From assembly GCA_964036045.1 (NCBI GenBank), contig OZ038378.1:29822001-29886000 (forward strand): a stretch of DNA of 64,000 bases, read 5' to 3'. This DNA is from Eutreptiella sp. 'Long Island Sound 2002'. Lineage: Eukaryota > Protista > Euglenida. Of this stretch, positions 22,757 through 36,300 are shown piece after piece (position 1 is the stretch's first letter; every line of letters starts with the position of its first letter). The translations under genes were made by a program, and so were the position numbers. The notes under the pieces are model-generated. The model was not told where the DNA came from and did no database searches. It was given only the letters and a program-made list of their open reading frames with translations.

Positions 22757-25503
22757 CAGGGGGTGGTAATAGTTCGTAAGTGTAAAGGTTCGTTTTGTAG
22801 CAGTTCGTATGGGTGGTGTTCCGAATTGCTGCATGTAGAAACCGCCCGCTGTTACGAACCGCTGCAGCAACGAACTAAAACCGCACAAACGTGTTCCGGG
22901 ATTGGTCAAATCTGGGAAAGGAGAACAGAGGCTTTTGTATCGCGCTCTGTTGAGCTTCTGTGGTCATAATAGTAGTAATAATGATGATAGTAACAATCAT
23001 GATCAATAACATTCATAATTTTTCTGTCTTCAGTCATGCAGCGCTTCCTCACAAAGGGAGGCCAGTCCATGAACGACGCTCTGCCTGCAGTGGTGTCGCA
23101 GTCCCAGAGCAAGAAGGTCTCCACCAGTTTTAAGGCCCGTCAATACAAGAGTTCAGCGCCGAGGACTTGGCTAGAGTGGACGCCGTCGCAAAAGTCCCTT
23201 TGTGTGCAACTGTTCCTGGAAGGTAACTACAACCACGCTGTGCTGCGTTACGGGTGTCAAGCGCCGCCCCTTAACACGCTTCGCACCTGGGCTGGCAAGG
23301 TGCAGGAGGGTGAGCCACTGGAAGGGTACGGCACCAACTCAGTTCTCAGCCGCACAGAGGAGGAGACCATTCTGAAGTTCATCAAAGAGTTGAAGTATGA
23401 GGCTGCCGTGATTGACCTGGACACCATTGCGGCGCTTGGAAGAACAGTCGCTGAGAGGTCTCGTGGGCCTGGTCTTGCTCCTGTTTTGGACCGCCAATTG
23501 GCTGCAAACTTTCGTCGCAGGCACAAGATGGGTTGTCTCAAGAAGATCACGACTGAGCGGCTGCCTTCTACAGTGTCTGACTTAGCGCTCGACAACAAAT
23601 GGAGACGTGAATTCTTGGACCTCGTTGAGCAGCCTCAAAAGTATGGTGTGCGTATCCCTGAAGGTGAACCCCAGTCGCTGCCGCCGTGGGCGCAGTTGGG
23701 CCTGGACGAGACGCCCCCCCAGTACGCGCCCAAGTTGCGCGGAGGGTATGCAGCCGGAGAAAAATAGGTCAGACACTACAGCAGCGCTGACAAGCGACAG
23801 GCCACGGCCACGCCTGTGGTCAACCGTGAAGGCACCGTAAAGGTACTACAAGTGTTGCAAAGAGGAAAGACTGGGCGCTGCCATGCGCGTCTCGACCTGC
23901 CTCAGGGCCTGCCATCCTACATGCACGAAGACCACGCGGAGAAGAAGTGTCAGACTGGCGACACGTTCAAACGCCTGATGATCAAGGTCGACTCTGGAGG
24001 TGCGAAGGACAGACGCGACCATGGCGTGGCGCAGAATTACCCATGTGTCGTCATCATGGACTGGGTTGGAAGCCATCTCGACGATGACGAGTTGAAGCGC
24101 GTCGATGACGCTGAAATAAGGCTGGCGAACTTATACTATTTTGTGGCACGGCCACTTATGTATGTTTTCTTTGGCCGCGCTCGTCGCAGCCATGTCAGCA
24201 ATGTTGGCGATCAGGTCATCAATCCAGGCATGAGAGCATGGTTGCGCGACAGACTGAAGCGTCGCCACATTGACCATTGCCTGAAGATCAACGATGGACT
24301 GCTGCCAAAGCACTCCAAGCTGGATAGCAGCGAGCGTACGACGAAGGCGCTCCTTGTAACTTGGCTTGCTTAACGGGCTGCATCCCCTTTGACAACCACA
24401 CACATCCTCAGCAGCTGGAACATGGTGTTTACAGAGGTGCCAGTGACAGAATCTGTAGATGATGTGGACCTCCCCTGCCCTTCAGCAGCCATCCCCATGC
24501 CTGCACCTTTGCTGTTTGTTGTTCCTGGTCATGTTTCAGATTCAGAGGAAGCCTCAGAGGCACAGGCAGAGGCGGATGAAGCCTCTGGGGCAGAGGTGGA
24601 GGACAACATTGACGTCCTGTCAGTCCCAAGCACACCACCTGTACAAAGAGCAGCAAAGAGGAGGGCTGAGACCCGGTTGGACAGACTTGCCAAAAGGTTT
24701 CGTGCTGCACCACGTGATGTACATGCTCAGCGTGTGGCCAGGGAGAACAGGCAAAGGGCAAGGGAGGCGCGGGAGGCAGTGCAGACTTCGGATGATGAAA
24801 GCACTCTGAGCTGTGAAGTGATGCTTACGATGAGTGAAAGAGAGTAGTACCTCCTGTTTCCTCTTGAATAACAGCGAATCGATCAAATTGAATATGTGGT
24901 TCATCCTTTGCAACAGCGACATGTCCCTCAAAGGGCAGTGAAGTCTGTAGGGTTGGACGATTTGCACACGAGAGCATTTTTTTTTGTGGGCCATTTTTCC
25001 TAATTCACGCGAGTTGCGCACGGCAATGGTGGTTCATAAAAAAGCAGGAACTCTGACCACTTCAGAGAAGAAAAACAATATAAAAAAAAAACAGGATTTT
25101 CAACATAGAAGTCAGTGACAAAAAAACAAAACAATATTTCAGTAGGTAAAAAAAAACAGCATTTTGAATGCAGAAGTGAGTGACAAAAAGAAAACAGTGT
25201 AGGTTCTTCAGCACAAAAAGGAGAGGATGTTTTGAAGAAAAAAAAAGAGATAAGTCATTTTACACAAATAGCAAGAGTGCAAGGTGTAGAAAAAAAAAGT
25301 GTAATGTTTTGGAAAAACGAGGAGAGAGAAATAGTACCAGTGTTGTACAAATACAAAGAAACATTAAGGTAATCAAAAGAAGAGGATGTCGGTACCAACC
25401 TTTAAATGGAAAAACACCACCCTTTTACCAACCGCTGCATGAAAAACACATCTAAAATCACCTTTTACCAACCGCTGCATATATGAACTATTACCACCCC
25501 CTG
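22757..25503 (+). mobile_element. Full-length pogo/Tigger-like (Tc1/mariner) DNA transposon with TIRs and TA target-site duplication
   Basis: Left TIR CAGGGGGTGGTAATAGTTCGTA (22757-22778) matches the right TIR reverse complement (25482-25503) at 21/22. TA flanks both ends. Confidence 0.88.
23036..24847 (+). pseudogene. CENP-B-like HTH + DDE_1 transposase, interrupted by two in-frame stops
   Basis: ORFs 23036-23767, 23816-24373 and 24389-24847 share one frame. Motifs LDET, KRQAT, IMDWVGSH and VGDQVIN. Stops are TAG (23765) and TAA (24371). Confidence 0.8.
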
Positions 25504-26829
25504 TAGATGGCAGGCGGTCTTGCCTAAATGTGAGCAAGTTGTGGAAGAGGTTAACTCAAGCAAACACGGGTGCCCTCCTTACGTCATACTTTCCGCCGAA
25601 CAAAAGTGCGTGCACAAAACTGTACCGAGCTCCAAAGTACCGAGCACACAAGTTACTTTTTCAATAGACATATGCAAATGACGCAGCGGCACGGTGAATG
25701 ATGGCTAAAGAACCCATCTCGAAAACAAAACACATGATAATGGACGGAGTACACGTGTACACTAGACCCACAGTCCCCCTACCCCGGTGACGGCCCTATT
25801 GCACACCAGCCGTAACAATTGCCAATATCACTTGATGAGGCAGAGCAACTCACCCCAACTTACCTCTACAAAATCTCTCCTTCTTTATCAGAACTTCCGG
25901 AGAACCCACCCCGACCTCACTAACCGAGGGAACCAGCCAACGCCTTTGCAACAAGAAACATAAATACCACCTACAACACCACTTCAGGCACAACATGTAC
26001 GACGCATCCTCGTACAGAAAGCTTCGAGCGATGGTAGGGGCCCTCAACTACCAAGCAGACACCCTGCCATACGACCACTTTTCAGACGTTCGCGCCTATT
26101 TGGTTGTGGGCATCATGGTCAACACCGCCCTGTTTATAATGAAAAACGTCAACAAACCAATCTTACGCGCCCACGCCCTACTTCTGTGGACGAATTTCAA
26201 CCGCCAATCACGTACCACGTAGCGACGCATCATCCAACAAGGGTGAATCAGACACCAACACGGCAACCAAAAGGTAGACAAACATGCCTGCTACCAAGCT
26301 ACTATTGACCCGTCCACTGTTGAAATGTCCAAGCTGGGCCCCGTACATGAACACTTTTAACAGGTGCTCCCCCTACTACAACACCACATCCTGCCTGAAT
26401 GGGCCTGCGCCTACATCTCTTACACCTTCTACAATCAAGCAGACGGCTGTCTAGACCCATCGCAGGTCGTGCAAAAGTGCTCGGAGACATCGACACATGA
26501 GCAAGTTACCAAGAGCGATAGAATATGCTAGATACATCTTTGCGCCACACATTACTCCGCCCAACCCACATCCCAATACGTTTGAAAACTATTTTTTTGT
26601 TCAAAGAGCCATTCAAATTACTGATATCACTGGTCTGATGTCTAACCCGACGGCACGCAGATGTCCCGGATGAACATACATGGTGCATTTGGGACCACTT
26701 AACCCAAGAAAATTTGGCGCAAATTCCAACACCCACCCAACAACTTGCGGTCGGAAACCCATACTAGCTTAATTGAGTAGGACACCCTCCAACCGCACCC
26801 ATTTTGGCCCATGTGGGGAGGGGGGGGGG

Positions 26830-29520
26830 GGCATGGTGACTTAGCGCCTCTTCCGCGATCTGAACATCGTGCAAGCCATGAAACCGGTTCCGATCCGATT
26901 TAGCTGCACTCTTTTCCATATTTTACTGATTTCAGCGATTTCTGCGATTACGAGTATAGGTACAGGAAAATCCGAATGCATACTATCTATGAGCCACACA
27001 ATGGAAGAATTGACATTTCTAGATCACATCATGCCTGTTGTGATCGCGCGCACCATTCTCGTGTTGGTGCTCGTAGGCGCGTGCTCTCTGTTCTTCAATG
27101 CGGGCCTATCGTCTGAAAACTTTTCTCAACTGGTGCTAATAGTGTTAGATTTTATCCGGTTGCCGAAATGGATACGAATTGGAAGCCAAAGCAACTCCAG
27201 TGGATGATAAAAAGCCCAGAATTGTGATATGGCCAAACCCTAGTGTGGTGCCTCAGCCCAGACCGGCTATCCTCCTTGGGTGAATCACTGTTTTTGAGAC
27301 TGGACTCGTACACGTGTATGGGCGCATTTGCCTTGGAATTTGCCACGCTTACATGTATGGTGGATCACAACTCCCTTGAAGTTGGGGGAGCCCTAGTGGA
27401 AGAAGAGTTGAAGTAGAGGTGGCTAAGGTAGGCGCACCGGGCGGGAAGAAATTAACTCGGTCTTTGCTCCACAAGAAATGTCTTTGCTCTCTTCTTTGTC
27501 CTTTTTTTGCCTTGCATATATGTCTTGCCAAATTGATCTTTAATAGAAGTTAACAGGGTCAATCTTTGGAGACTGCATGTGTTGAACATGTTGTGTGCAC
27601 GTGCAGTGGGTGAACATGCTAAAGGTGGAGAACTGCACTTATGCCCTGGTTGCTAACTTCTCATTTGCCGTCTTACTCCGTTGGCCTTTGGTGATTTCAT
27701 GTCATTGGTCAAACATGGTTTGTGATCCACTATCCTTGTCTTGTCAGCAACCAATAGAGCATGAGATCATTTAATTTGGCAATGGAATACAGGGATACGC
27801 CTCAATCAAAGTTGTGGAACCTCAGTCCAAGTGCATGAATGCCCTCCTGGGTCATGGTGAGGCGAAATTATCTCTCCATACGCATGCTCTCTGAACTGGG
27901 TTTTGGTGAGGTTGTCTCTCTTTGGACATGGATTGGTTAGGTTTTCTCTCATAGGGCATGGATTGGTGAGGGTCTCTCTCTCAGGGCATGGACGGGGGCG
28001 GAACCATCTCTCTTAAGGCTTGGATTCTGGTGGGTCCATCTCTGTTTGAGGCAGGACTATCTCTCCTTGAGATAGGACACTCTCACCATGGATCAGCTTT
28101 GATTGGACCCGGGATATCTGTCTTTTTGCACTAACTCTGCGGGCCGGGTCTAGGTCTCTACATGTGACCCGGGGCATCTTCTAACCCAATCGCTCTCTAA
28201 GTAGCATGCATTGAATTGGTTCGGTGTCGCACGGACATGCAGATAGGCAATATTGATTTCACATCCTATTGCACATGTCTATCTGCGAATTGTTTCTAAT
28301 ACACATGCCAATTTGTGTCTGCTAATGCCATCGGGTCCCAAGCAAATGGGCACCAAGTGATGGGACCGAGTGGCATGTCCAAGGATGTGAGGGCATGAGA
28401 CATATGTTGTGTGTCCTGAAGCCGGTTCGGATCCCATTTGGCTGCACTGTTCCATATTACAGCGCTTTCAGCGATTTCAGCGATTTCGGGTATAATTTGA
28501 GGAGAGTTCCGAATCTATACTATTCATAATCCACGGGAAGGAGGATTTGACATTTCTGGTTCATACCAGGCTTGCTGGGTGTGCACGCGCTCTTCTCGTG
28601 TTCCTGATGGTGTGCGCGTGCTCTCTGTTCTTCAATGCGGGCCGATCGTCTAAAAATTCTTCCCAACGGGTGCTAATAGTGTTAGACTCTATCCCGTTGT
28701 TGAAATGGATGCGAATCGGAAGCTAGGGCAACTCCAGTGGATGATAGAAGGCACGGAATTGCAATCTGGCTAAACCCTGGTGTGGTGCCTCCGCCCAAAC
28801 CGGCAGGCCTCGTAAAACGGGATTGGTACACGTTAATGGGCGCATTTGCTTCGGCTTTTGCCACGCCTACACGTTTGGGGGATCACGAGTCCCTTGAAGG
28901 TGGAGCAGCCCCAGTGAAAGAGGAGTTGAAGTCGAAGTGGCTGAGGTAGGCGCACCGGGCGGGTAGAAAGTAACTCGGTCGTTGCTCGGTCATGAATGTT
29001 TTCTACTTCTCTTCTTTGTCCTTTGTTTGCCTTGCGTGTGAATCATGATAAATCAATCTTTGGAGATGGTGTGTGTGGAACATGCTGCGTGCATGTGCAA
29101 TGGGTGGACATGCTAAAGGTGGTGAATCACACTCATGCTAAACTTTGATGCTAACCTCTCATTTGTGTGTTGCCATCTTACTCCGTTGACATCCGAGATG
29201 AGTCTTGATGATTTCATATCATGGGTCGAGCATGGTTGGTGATCCACTACCCTTCCTTTGTCAACATGTAGCATGGCATGAGGATAGCTCATTTGATTTG
29301 GCAATTGGGTGTAAAGATAATCCTCAGTCAATGTCGGAGATTCTCACTTCAAGTGCATGCATGCTCTCATGGGTCATGGCTAGGCCAAATTGTCTCTCCA
29401 TATGCATGCTCTCATGGGTCATGGCTAGGTGAAATTCTTTCTCCACATGCAAACTCTTTGGATTGGGTTATGGTAAGGTTTTCTCTCTTCGGCCATGGAT
29501 TGGTTAGGTTATCGAGTTGG
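26830..29520. repeat. Diverged tandem duplication (~1.5-kb unit) of a decayed coding-like sequence
   Basis: 26870-27540 aligns with 28410-29060 (e.g. GCGTGCTCTCTGTTCTTCAATGCGGGCC and GGTAGGCGCACCGGGCGGG in both). The CATGGATTGGT(T/G)AGG mini-repeats at 27850-28000 recur at 29350-29520. Confidence 0.75.
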
Positions 29521-31455
29521 TTATTGTACCTTATCATGGGTGCTTTTTGGATGCTCCTTCCATCCATATGTATCCCATTGCAACCGTGTCAAACTTTTGG
29601 AGATTTTGTGCCATATGCACTCGTTATTTTTCAAGATGAATCGTGAAATTGGTGCCCCGCAAACTGAGTAGAAATGGTCAATAGCGCAAACAAATTACGG
29701 TTAGCTTTTGTTATAATGATCTAGGGCTGTGAAGGACCACAAGATAAGCTGCATGAGATATGTGGAGCTTTTTTTTAAATTGGTAAGCCTGCACCGCAAA
29801 TAGGTTAATGGTTGAGAAAAACATATTGTTTTACCTCACCACAAGACGACCAAACAAAACGATGCGAATCAGCTTGAGGTTTTGGTCGTTCATTTTAACA
29901 AAAAAAAGCAACCAAATTGGTGTTGTACCTTGTCCCTTGTACGTTCGCATAAATCAAACCAAAAAAGGTTGTGCAACTCACGTTCCTAACTTTTGGGAAG
30001 CGCACCTCAAAATCGCGACCAAATTTCTACTGAACTTCAACGTTTGCTTGAAAGGGTATTGGACAAACCTCCACAACAGAGGCCGCTTGTGGTACATCGT
30101 TGGCGGGAGAGTGGGCACTGTCATTTTTCAAAACATCAGCCCATGCAACCAACTCCGATGCATGTACACCATCGCTGGACTGGGGTTTGACCTATCGGTC
30201 CACTTGGTCGCCTTGCACTCCCTCTGGGTGCTTGGAAATATAATTGGGTTGCTTGTGGGGATTATTATATAATGCTGTGGCAGGGTGCCGGCATCGAAGC
30301 GTGTGAGTCCATCACCCCAACTCCAGGGGTCACACCGAAGCGTGGGAGTCCATCATCCCAACTCCAGGGGCCACATTTTGGAGTGCATGGCCAAAGTCCG
30401 TTGCTTGAACCAGTTTAGCAAAAAACCCCAATCGCACCAAAAAAAAACCCCCAAAGCTGACCTAACCCCCCCCCAAATCTTACCATAGAACCCCGAAAAA
30501 ATTACAACCCCACCCCCCCCAATGATCCCCAACGTTACCAAAAAAACCCAGGTCTTACCTAAAAATCTCCTGAATTTTACCAAAACCTCCCCCAAACCTT
30601 ACTGGGGGTTTTTTGGTACAATTTGGTAAGAAATGGGTGGCTTTGGGTAAAAAAAAAACGGGGGGGAGGGTGTTGGTACGCACCATGCTGCAATGCAGGA
30701 GGGACAATGCGGCATTTTGGGTCATGGGCATTGGTGCAAGGCCACAATGGCAAAATGAAATGTGCATTCAGAAATCTGGTGAAGGAAAACCCCTGTGTCC
30801 TGACCAGTCCCCCTATCCCTTGCCAGACCTCCAAGGCTTGTTGGAGCAGCGATACACGGCCTATGTGTGCATTTCATCTGCAGTAGCTGACGCCTATCGC
30901 CCTCCGTATGAGCTCATATCACCGAATTCTGCAGAATTCGATATCGTGGTACTTACCAAAGAGGGTGGCGTGGGGGCAATTCATGTGGGGAAGGGGACAG
31001 TTTCATTTGTCCTTCTGGGCTCCATGCCAAACCCTTATTAACATCACACTTGCAGTCAGTTGCTTGTCCCGTTCCCTATTTCTGTCCTGTCCGCTATCCG
31101 GGCAGTGGTACTACTCCAAAACCACCAGAAAATCCGTTTGCTCAGAGGTTCAGAGTGTGGCAGGCAGTATCAACGGGTGCAGAACAGGACCAGAACTCAG
31201 AATATAGGATCCATGCCTCCCTGGACCGATAGTGCAGGGATAGAGGGGGGGACATGAGCCAACAGCAATGGAGAAACCAGGGCTCATGCCCAAAACACAC
31301 ACACACACACACACACACACCGACTGACCGACTGACGGATGAACAGATGCGACAAACAAACAACGACGGTTGCACAACAAGAATGCCTGAACGCTTGATC
31401 GCTAAAACCATCACAATTTGCTCACCATACACTGCACTGGAAGATGACCCTGATA

Positions 31456-31818
31456 TCAAGCAGGGCAAGCATGGATGGCAACAATGGTCACCATCCCATG
31501 CTTATCACAAGTCTCTTGCGGACGTGCAGCGGAGCCAAATCCCAAGCTCTTGCTTGGCCCCAATTCTCCATGGGCAAACATCCCAAACGGTCTGACCTCT
31601 GGTAGAAGCTCAGATATCACTGCAGGCTCCACATCATTTTTGCCATACATGTTCTTTCCGCGCATAAAGCATGGGAAGAGTGCTATCGAGGCGGTGGAAT
31701 ACTGTGCAGGCAGCTCTGAGAGGATCGTCTGCATTCCCTCTTTTGGGTCTCCTTTAAATGAGCTGACCCCAATGGCGCGGCTTGTGGTGGGAAGTGTACT
31801 AATCACAATCTGAGGGAC
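31456..31818 (-). CDS. Exon 3 of plastid-targeted FIST-domain protein (FIST_C)
   Basis: Acceptor TTTGCAG|GTCCCT, phase 0. FIST_C hallmarks LFPCFMRG...YGKNDVE...PFGMFAHGELGP, then stop at 31456. Confidence 0.8.
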   Translation of the reverse strand, partial: VPQIVISTLPTTSRAIGVSSFKGDPKEGMQTILSELPAQYSTASIALFPCFMRGKNMYGKNDVEPAVISELLPEVRPFGMFAHGELGPSKSLGFGSAARPQETCDKHGMVTIVAIHACPA

Positions 31819-33339
31819 CTGCAAACCGATGGGTGGGTGACTGGGTGCGGGTGGACCATTGCATCAAGGAGGGCAGCAGCCTTTAAGGTCCTGGGTGCCG
31901 GTGGTAAGGAGGTTAGTGGGTTTGGCCTGGCATCGTGCATGTTCTAGCCCACCACCTGCCCCTCTGTGAATCGCGATGTGCTGGAAGGACCTGGCACTCA
32001 GGATCACATTGGGTCTTCCAAAGCTTAGCTTGTCCATGCCCTGCCTGCAAGCTGGACCCCGTTTCATCGCCACCCACCCTGGCCGTGGCCGCACAGCAAA
32101 GCCCATGCCCAACAGCCCCCCCCCTTGGGACGGGTGTAAGGCCGTTCCCGATGCGTGCGGTGTCACAATGCCGCGGGGCCTGCCTGATGGCGCGAGCAGC
32201 AGTGCCTCACCCACCTGTACTTCACACACCCGAAACACACAGGGGTGCCATGATCCTCACGGGCCTTCAGCATGGGGTGTCGCTCGTGTGCCCCCTCTCT
32301 GCCCCACCCCTGCCCCCGAGCATCCCTTACCGTCCAACAGGGTCCTCGGCCTCATTGTGGCGTGCCGGTGAACCCAGGAGGCCCGCTACCGACGCGCCAT
32401 CCGGGGCTAACGGAGGAGGAGTTGGACCCAATGGGCAGCAACTGGCCCATTGGCAGCCACATAGCAGAGTGGTAGCCCCGTCAACGGTAGGCGGGGGCCA
32501 GCCACAACACCCCCCTACCCCCACCAACCCCCCCCCCCCGACCCTGCAACTCCCGCACCCCAGCTCACACGCCCGCTCAACAGGTCCGCATCGCAAGCAA
32601 CACCGGTTTCGAGGACACACGTCACACGGCAGCGGGGAGCGAACGGGGCCACACCGACACTGAGAATAGACACACGTTAGCTGTAGGGGCCACACAGCCC
32701 ACGGGAAGGTACGAAGTCCACACAAAGCGGCTCGTCCTAACCGAGAACGTGACAACCGACGACAACTAGGACCAAGAAGAGCCAGGTATACAGAGCCAAA
32801 GCGAGAGCCCCAGCCCCCCCACAACGCAGTGCGCGACCGAACCCCCCATACAGAGGCATCCGAGCAGGGGCGGTAGCCCCAGGGCGTCAGCTGAGCGGCA
32901 CACACACGCAGGCTCATGCATGTCACTGCACGCTGCACGGGGGGAGAGACTTAGCGGCTCGCACCCATACACGCTTCTGGCAGTGGAATCCGTGGGGCCC
33001 TGCCCACACCAACTGCACCCCCCCCCCCCCCTGCCTGAACTTCGGCACCCAGTGATCCTGGGCACGAGTAGCCAAGCCCCCCAGCCAGCTGTGGATAGGC
33101 CCGGGGTACCGTGGCCAGCACACCCACGCACAGGGTCCACTGTGGCTGTGATCCGGGGGCTGAGTGGCCAAGGAACCACAGGTGTCCCAGGCCCTCAATC
33201 CTACAAGAGGCCAATCGCATTACTGGAGCGAATGGCAAAGCCACCAGGGCCGGGACCGCAGGTGGTGCAGCACAGTGGTCACGGACAGCTCTAGGGCCGG
33301 TAATGCTGGTTCCCCGGGTTCAGCACGGGGCACTAGGGC

Positions 33340-36300
33340 ACTAGGACACCGCACCACCACAACACCCCGAGCGCGTAGGCGACACATCCCCATTATGGCC
33401 TGTATGCCTCTCAGACCCCAGCCCGCGGCTGCTGCACCTGCTTGTCACCACCACTCTGGATAGGCACCCAGACCCCCTTGCCTGTCTACAGCTCTCACCA
33501 TGCCCGACCCAACGTTCACATCCCTGTCCCCTGCTGAGCAACGTGCACAGCATCGCCCGGCGCAGGCTTTTCCAACAACCAACGTGGTCTACTCGGACAA
33601 CGACAAGCAGCTGCTCCTGACGGCGCAGCACTGGAAATCAACGGAAATCAACCCAGGCATTCCCATGAAGAACAACGCACTGCTGGCGTCCGTAGCGCTC
33701 CGGTGGGCAGTGCTCACTAACCAAATGCTGCGAGGAGAGCCGGACGCACTGCGGGACCACTGCAAGGAGTACGCCTGGCTGACCTACCCCGATACCGTGG
33801 ACCGCTATCTAGACCAGGCTGCTGCGATGTCCCCGACCAAGCGGAACGACATCATGCATGCAGCCCATCAGCACTATGAGGCCTGGGAGGACTCCACTAT
33901 TGGGCGCCTCACCTTTGACGAGTTTGTGGAGGTCCTCGCTGGCACCAGGTGTACTCAGCCTCTGCTCCTCCGTGTGCCATTGCTGCACTGGCTCACTTCG
34001 TGGGCTGCCCACCATAGTGACAACGTGCTGGCATGCCCCGTGCCCCAGTGCGCCCCACCATCCGGCACCAAGGAGACCGGGAAAGTGCCAGGGCCCCGCC
34101 CTCTGGGCAAACGCGAGTGGGAAGTGGAGCTGGGCCGCCGCCAGGATGACAAGTCCGTGCTCATGCCCGATGCCCTGGTGACTCTCCGCGCCAAGGAGTC
34201 CCCTGGAAACACCCCAGCCCCCACCTGGGTTGCCCTCCTCGACGATCCTTTGCAGCTGGATGACGACGGCCTTGTTCAACAACTTGAGAGCCTGGCACAA
34301 CTCTCCCATGTGGCGGCGGAACACGCGGCCTGAGCTATGGCAGCCCTGGCGCGGCAGCACGCGGTCCCTACGAGGCCGCAGCAGTCTCTGCAAGCGGCGA
34401 TTTTGGGGGCAACACTGGCGGCAGCACCGCGTTCGGCGTGCACAGCTTGCCCCGCATACAACTGGGCGGCCATGAGGCTGAATTTGCAACGCTTCTTGGA
34501 GACGCTTGCGACTCGATTTGGCGCCTCCATGCGTTCATCAACGTCCCTCAATGACATGCTATAGTGGCTGTGCTCAACCGCTCCCTTGCGGCATGCAGCA
34601 ATGGTCGCCCGACGTCCGCGTCCAGCTGGTTCCTCGCAGGAGGGCTGAATCCCAATGACCCCTGCACCACGGGGCCCACAGCTCTCCCGCAAGCGTCCCT
34701 AGCGGTGCCATCCCCCACTGCGCCCCCAACTATTGGCTTCCATCCGGTCCAAGCCCCCGCAGCGACTCACATGATGCGGATCTCCCACGTTGGGCGCGTG
34801 GACGCCATCGAGCTCTCGTCTGTCATGACCCAGGTGTTGGGCGTTGCGCTTTACATCATAGCCACCGACCACACAAGCGGCTTTGGGTTCGCGGCGGTGC
34901 CCGAGCCCCGATGTGCCGAAATTTTCCTTGGCGAGTCCGTGGCCCAGCGAGAATACACCGTGGCAGAGGGCAAAAGAGTGACGCGGGCATGGCGTTCCAC
35001 TTACATGAATGAACCATTTGTCCCAGCGGCTGGCCAAGCACTCACCAAGCCACCATCGAAACGCACCTTTGACTCGCCAGGAGCGGAAAGGAAGCGTGGC
35101 TTGCGGAACCCTCAACGCACCAAGACGAAGCGACCCAAAAATAAGACGGACCAGCAGCCACGGCGCCAACAGCCCCCACCGCAGCAGCACCAGACGCAGC
35201 ACCGCTACAACTGCAGCATACCCAGCAACCGTCTGTGCCCAAGCGCCGCCGTCATGGCCACCCGTAGACACATGGGTGCCCGTCCGCCGCAAAGTGGAGA
35301 CGGTCCGCGGCTTGCCTTGGGATGCAATCCACCGCCGACAACTCGCCCTGCTCACTCATCTCCCACCCCAACTCGCACCCATGCATGCCATCACCTCCCT
35401 CCTGTGCATAGTCCAGTCCCGCGCTCATTGGGCACGGCTTCCACAGCTCCTTGACGACGTGGACTCCCTCCTGGGCTTGCTGCCCGGCGCCACCCCGCCC
35501 CCCCCCCCGCACACACCCCGTGCCAGCCCAGCTCTGGTGTGCATGGCCTGTGGCTCCTTGCTCCTCCTCGCAGGCAGCCTCCCACCGTGCCCGGTGTGTG
35601 CAGCAACAACATTCCTTGAACTCCCTAAAACGGGGCCCCCTCACCCCTCAAGCGACCCCCTCCCCGTGCTTCACCCGACCTGCTTTACCGTCTCCGGGGG
35701 ATGATACCCCTGTTTAGCCCTGACAGGACCTTTCTCCTACTCCAACAGTGGCTCATCACTGTCCTGGCTTTGGCGGACCGTCAACCCCGCATCAATGTTA
35801 CCTCCCCATACCGATCCTCGGACTCCGTGTACGTCTTCTGGGACACAACTGATTGCCTCCCTCAGCCGGCAGGCACCATTGCCCCTGCTGCGCATTACTT
35901 GGCAACCCCACCCCCCAGCGCTGGATACCACCTCGTCTCCACGGCACCCACAGCGAGCTTGGATTTGGTTGCCTCCCAGTGTGGCCTATGCGGCCGTCCC
36001 CAGCCGTGGACGGCGACACCGCTCTCCCGCACGCACCACCCAATCCTCCCGCGACTCTTTTGCCTCTCAGGCTGCACACGCAACGTTGTCCTCACGACGG
36101 AGCGGGCGCGTCGCTCCGTCACCGCCACCCCGGACGACCCTGTCCGTGATGCCGTCCCCGTATCAGCCTGCCCTTTCAACTTCCATTGTGTCCCCCCCCA
36201 TCACGGCCTTGCACAAACCACCTCCGTGGGTCCGCCGCTTGACCCTCCTAGACCCCCTGAGCCACACAGCCGACCTCGCCCCCCTCTCAGCTCTAGTCAA

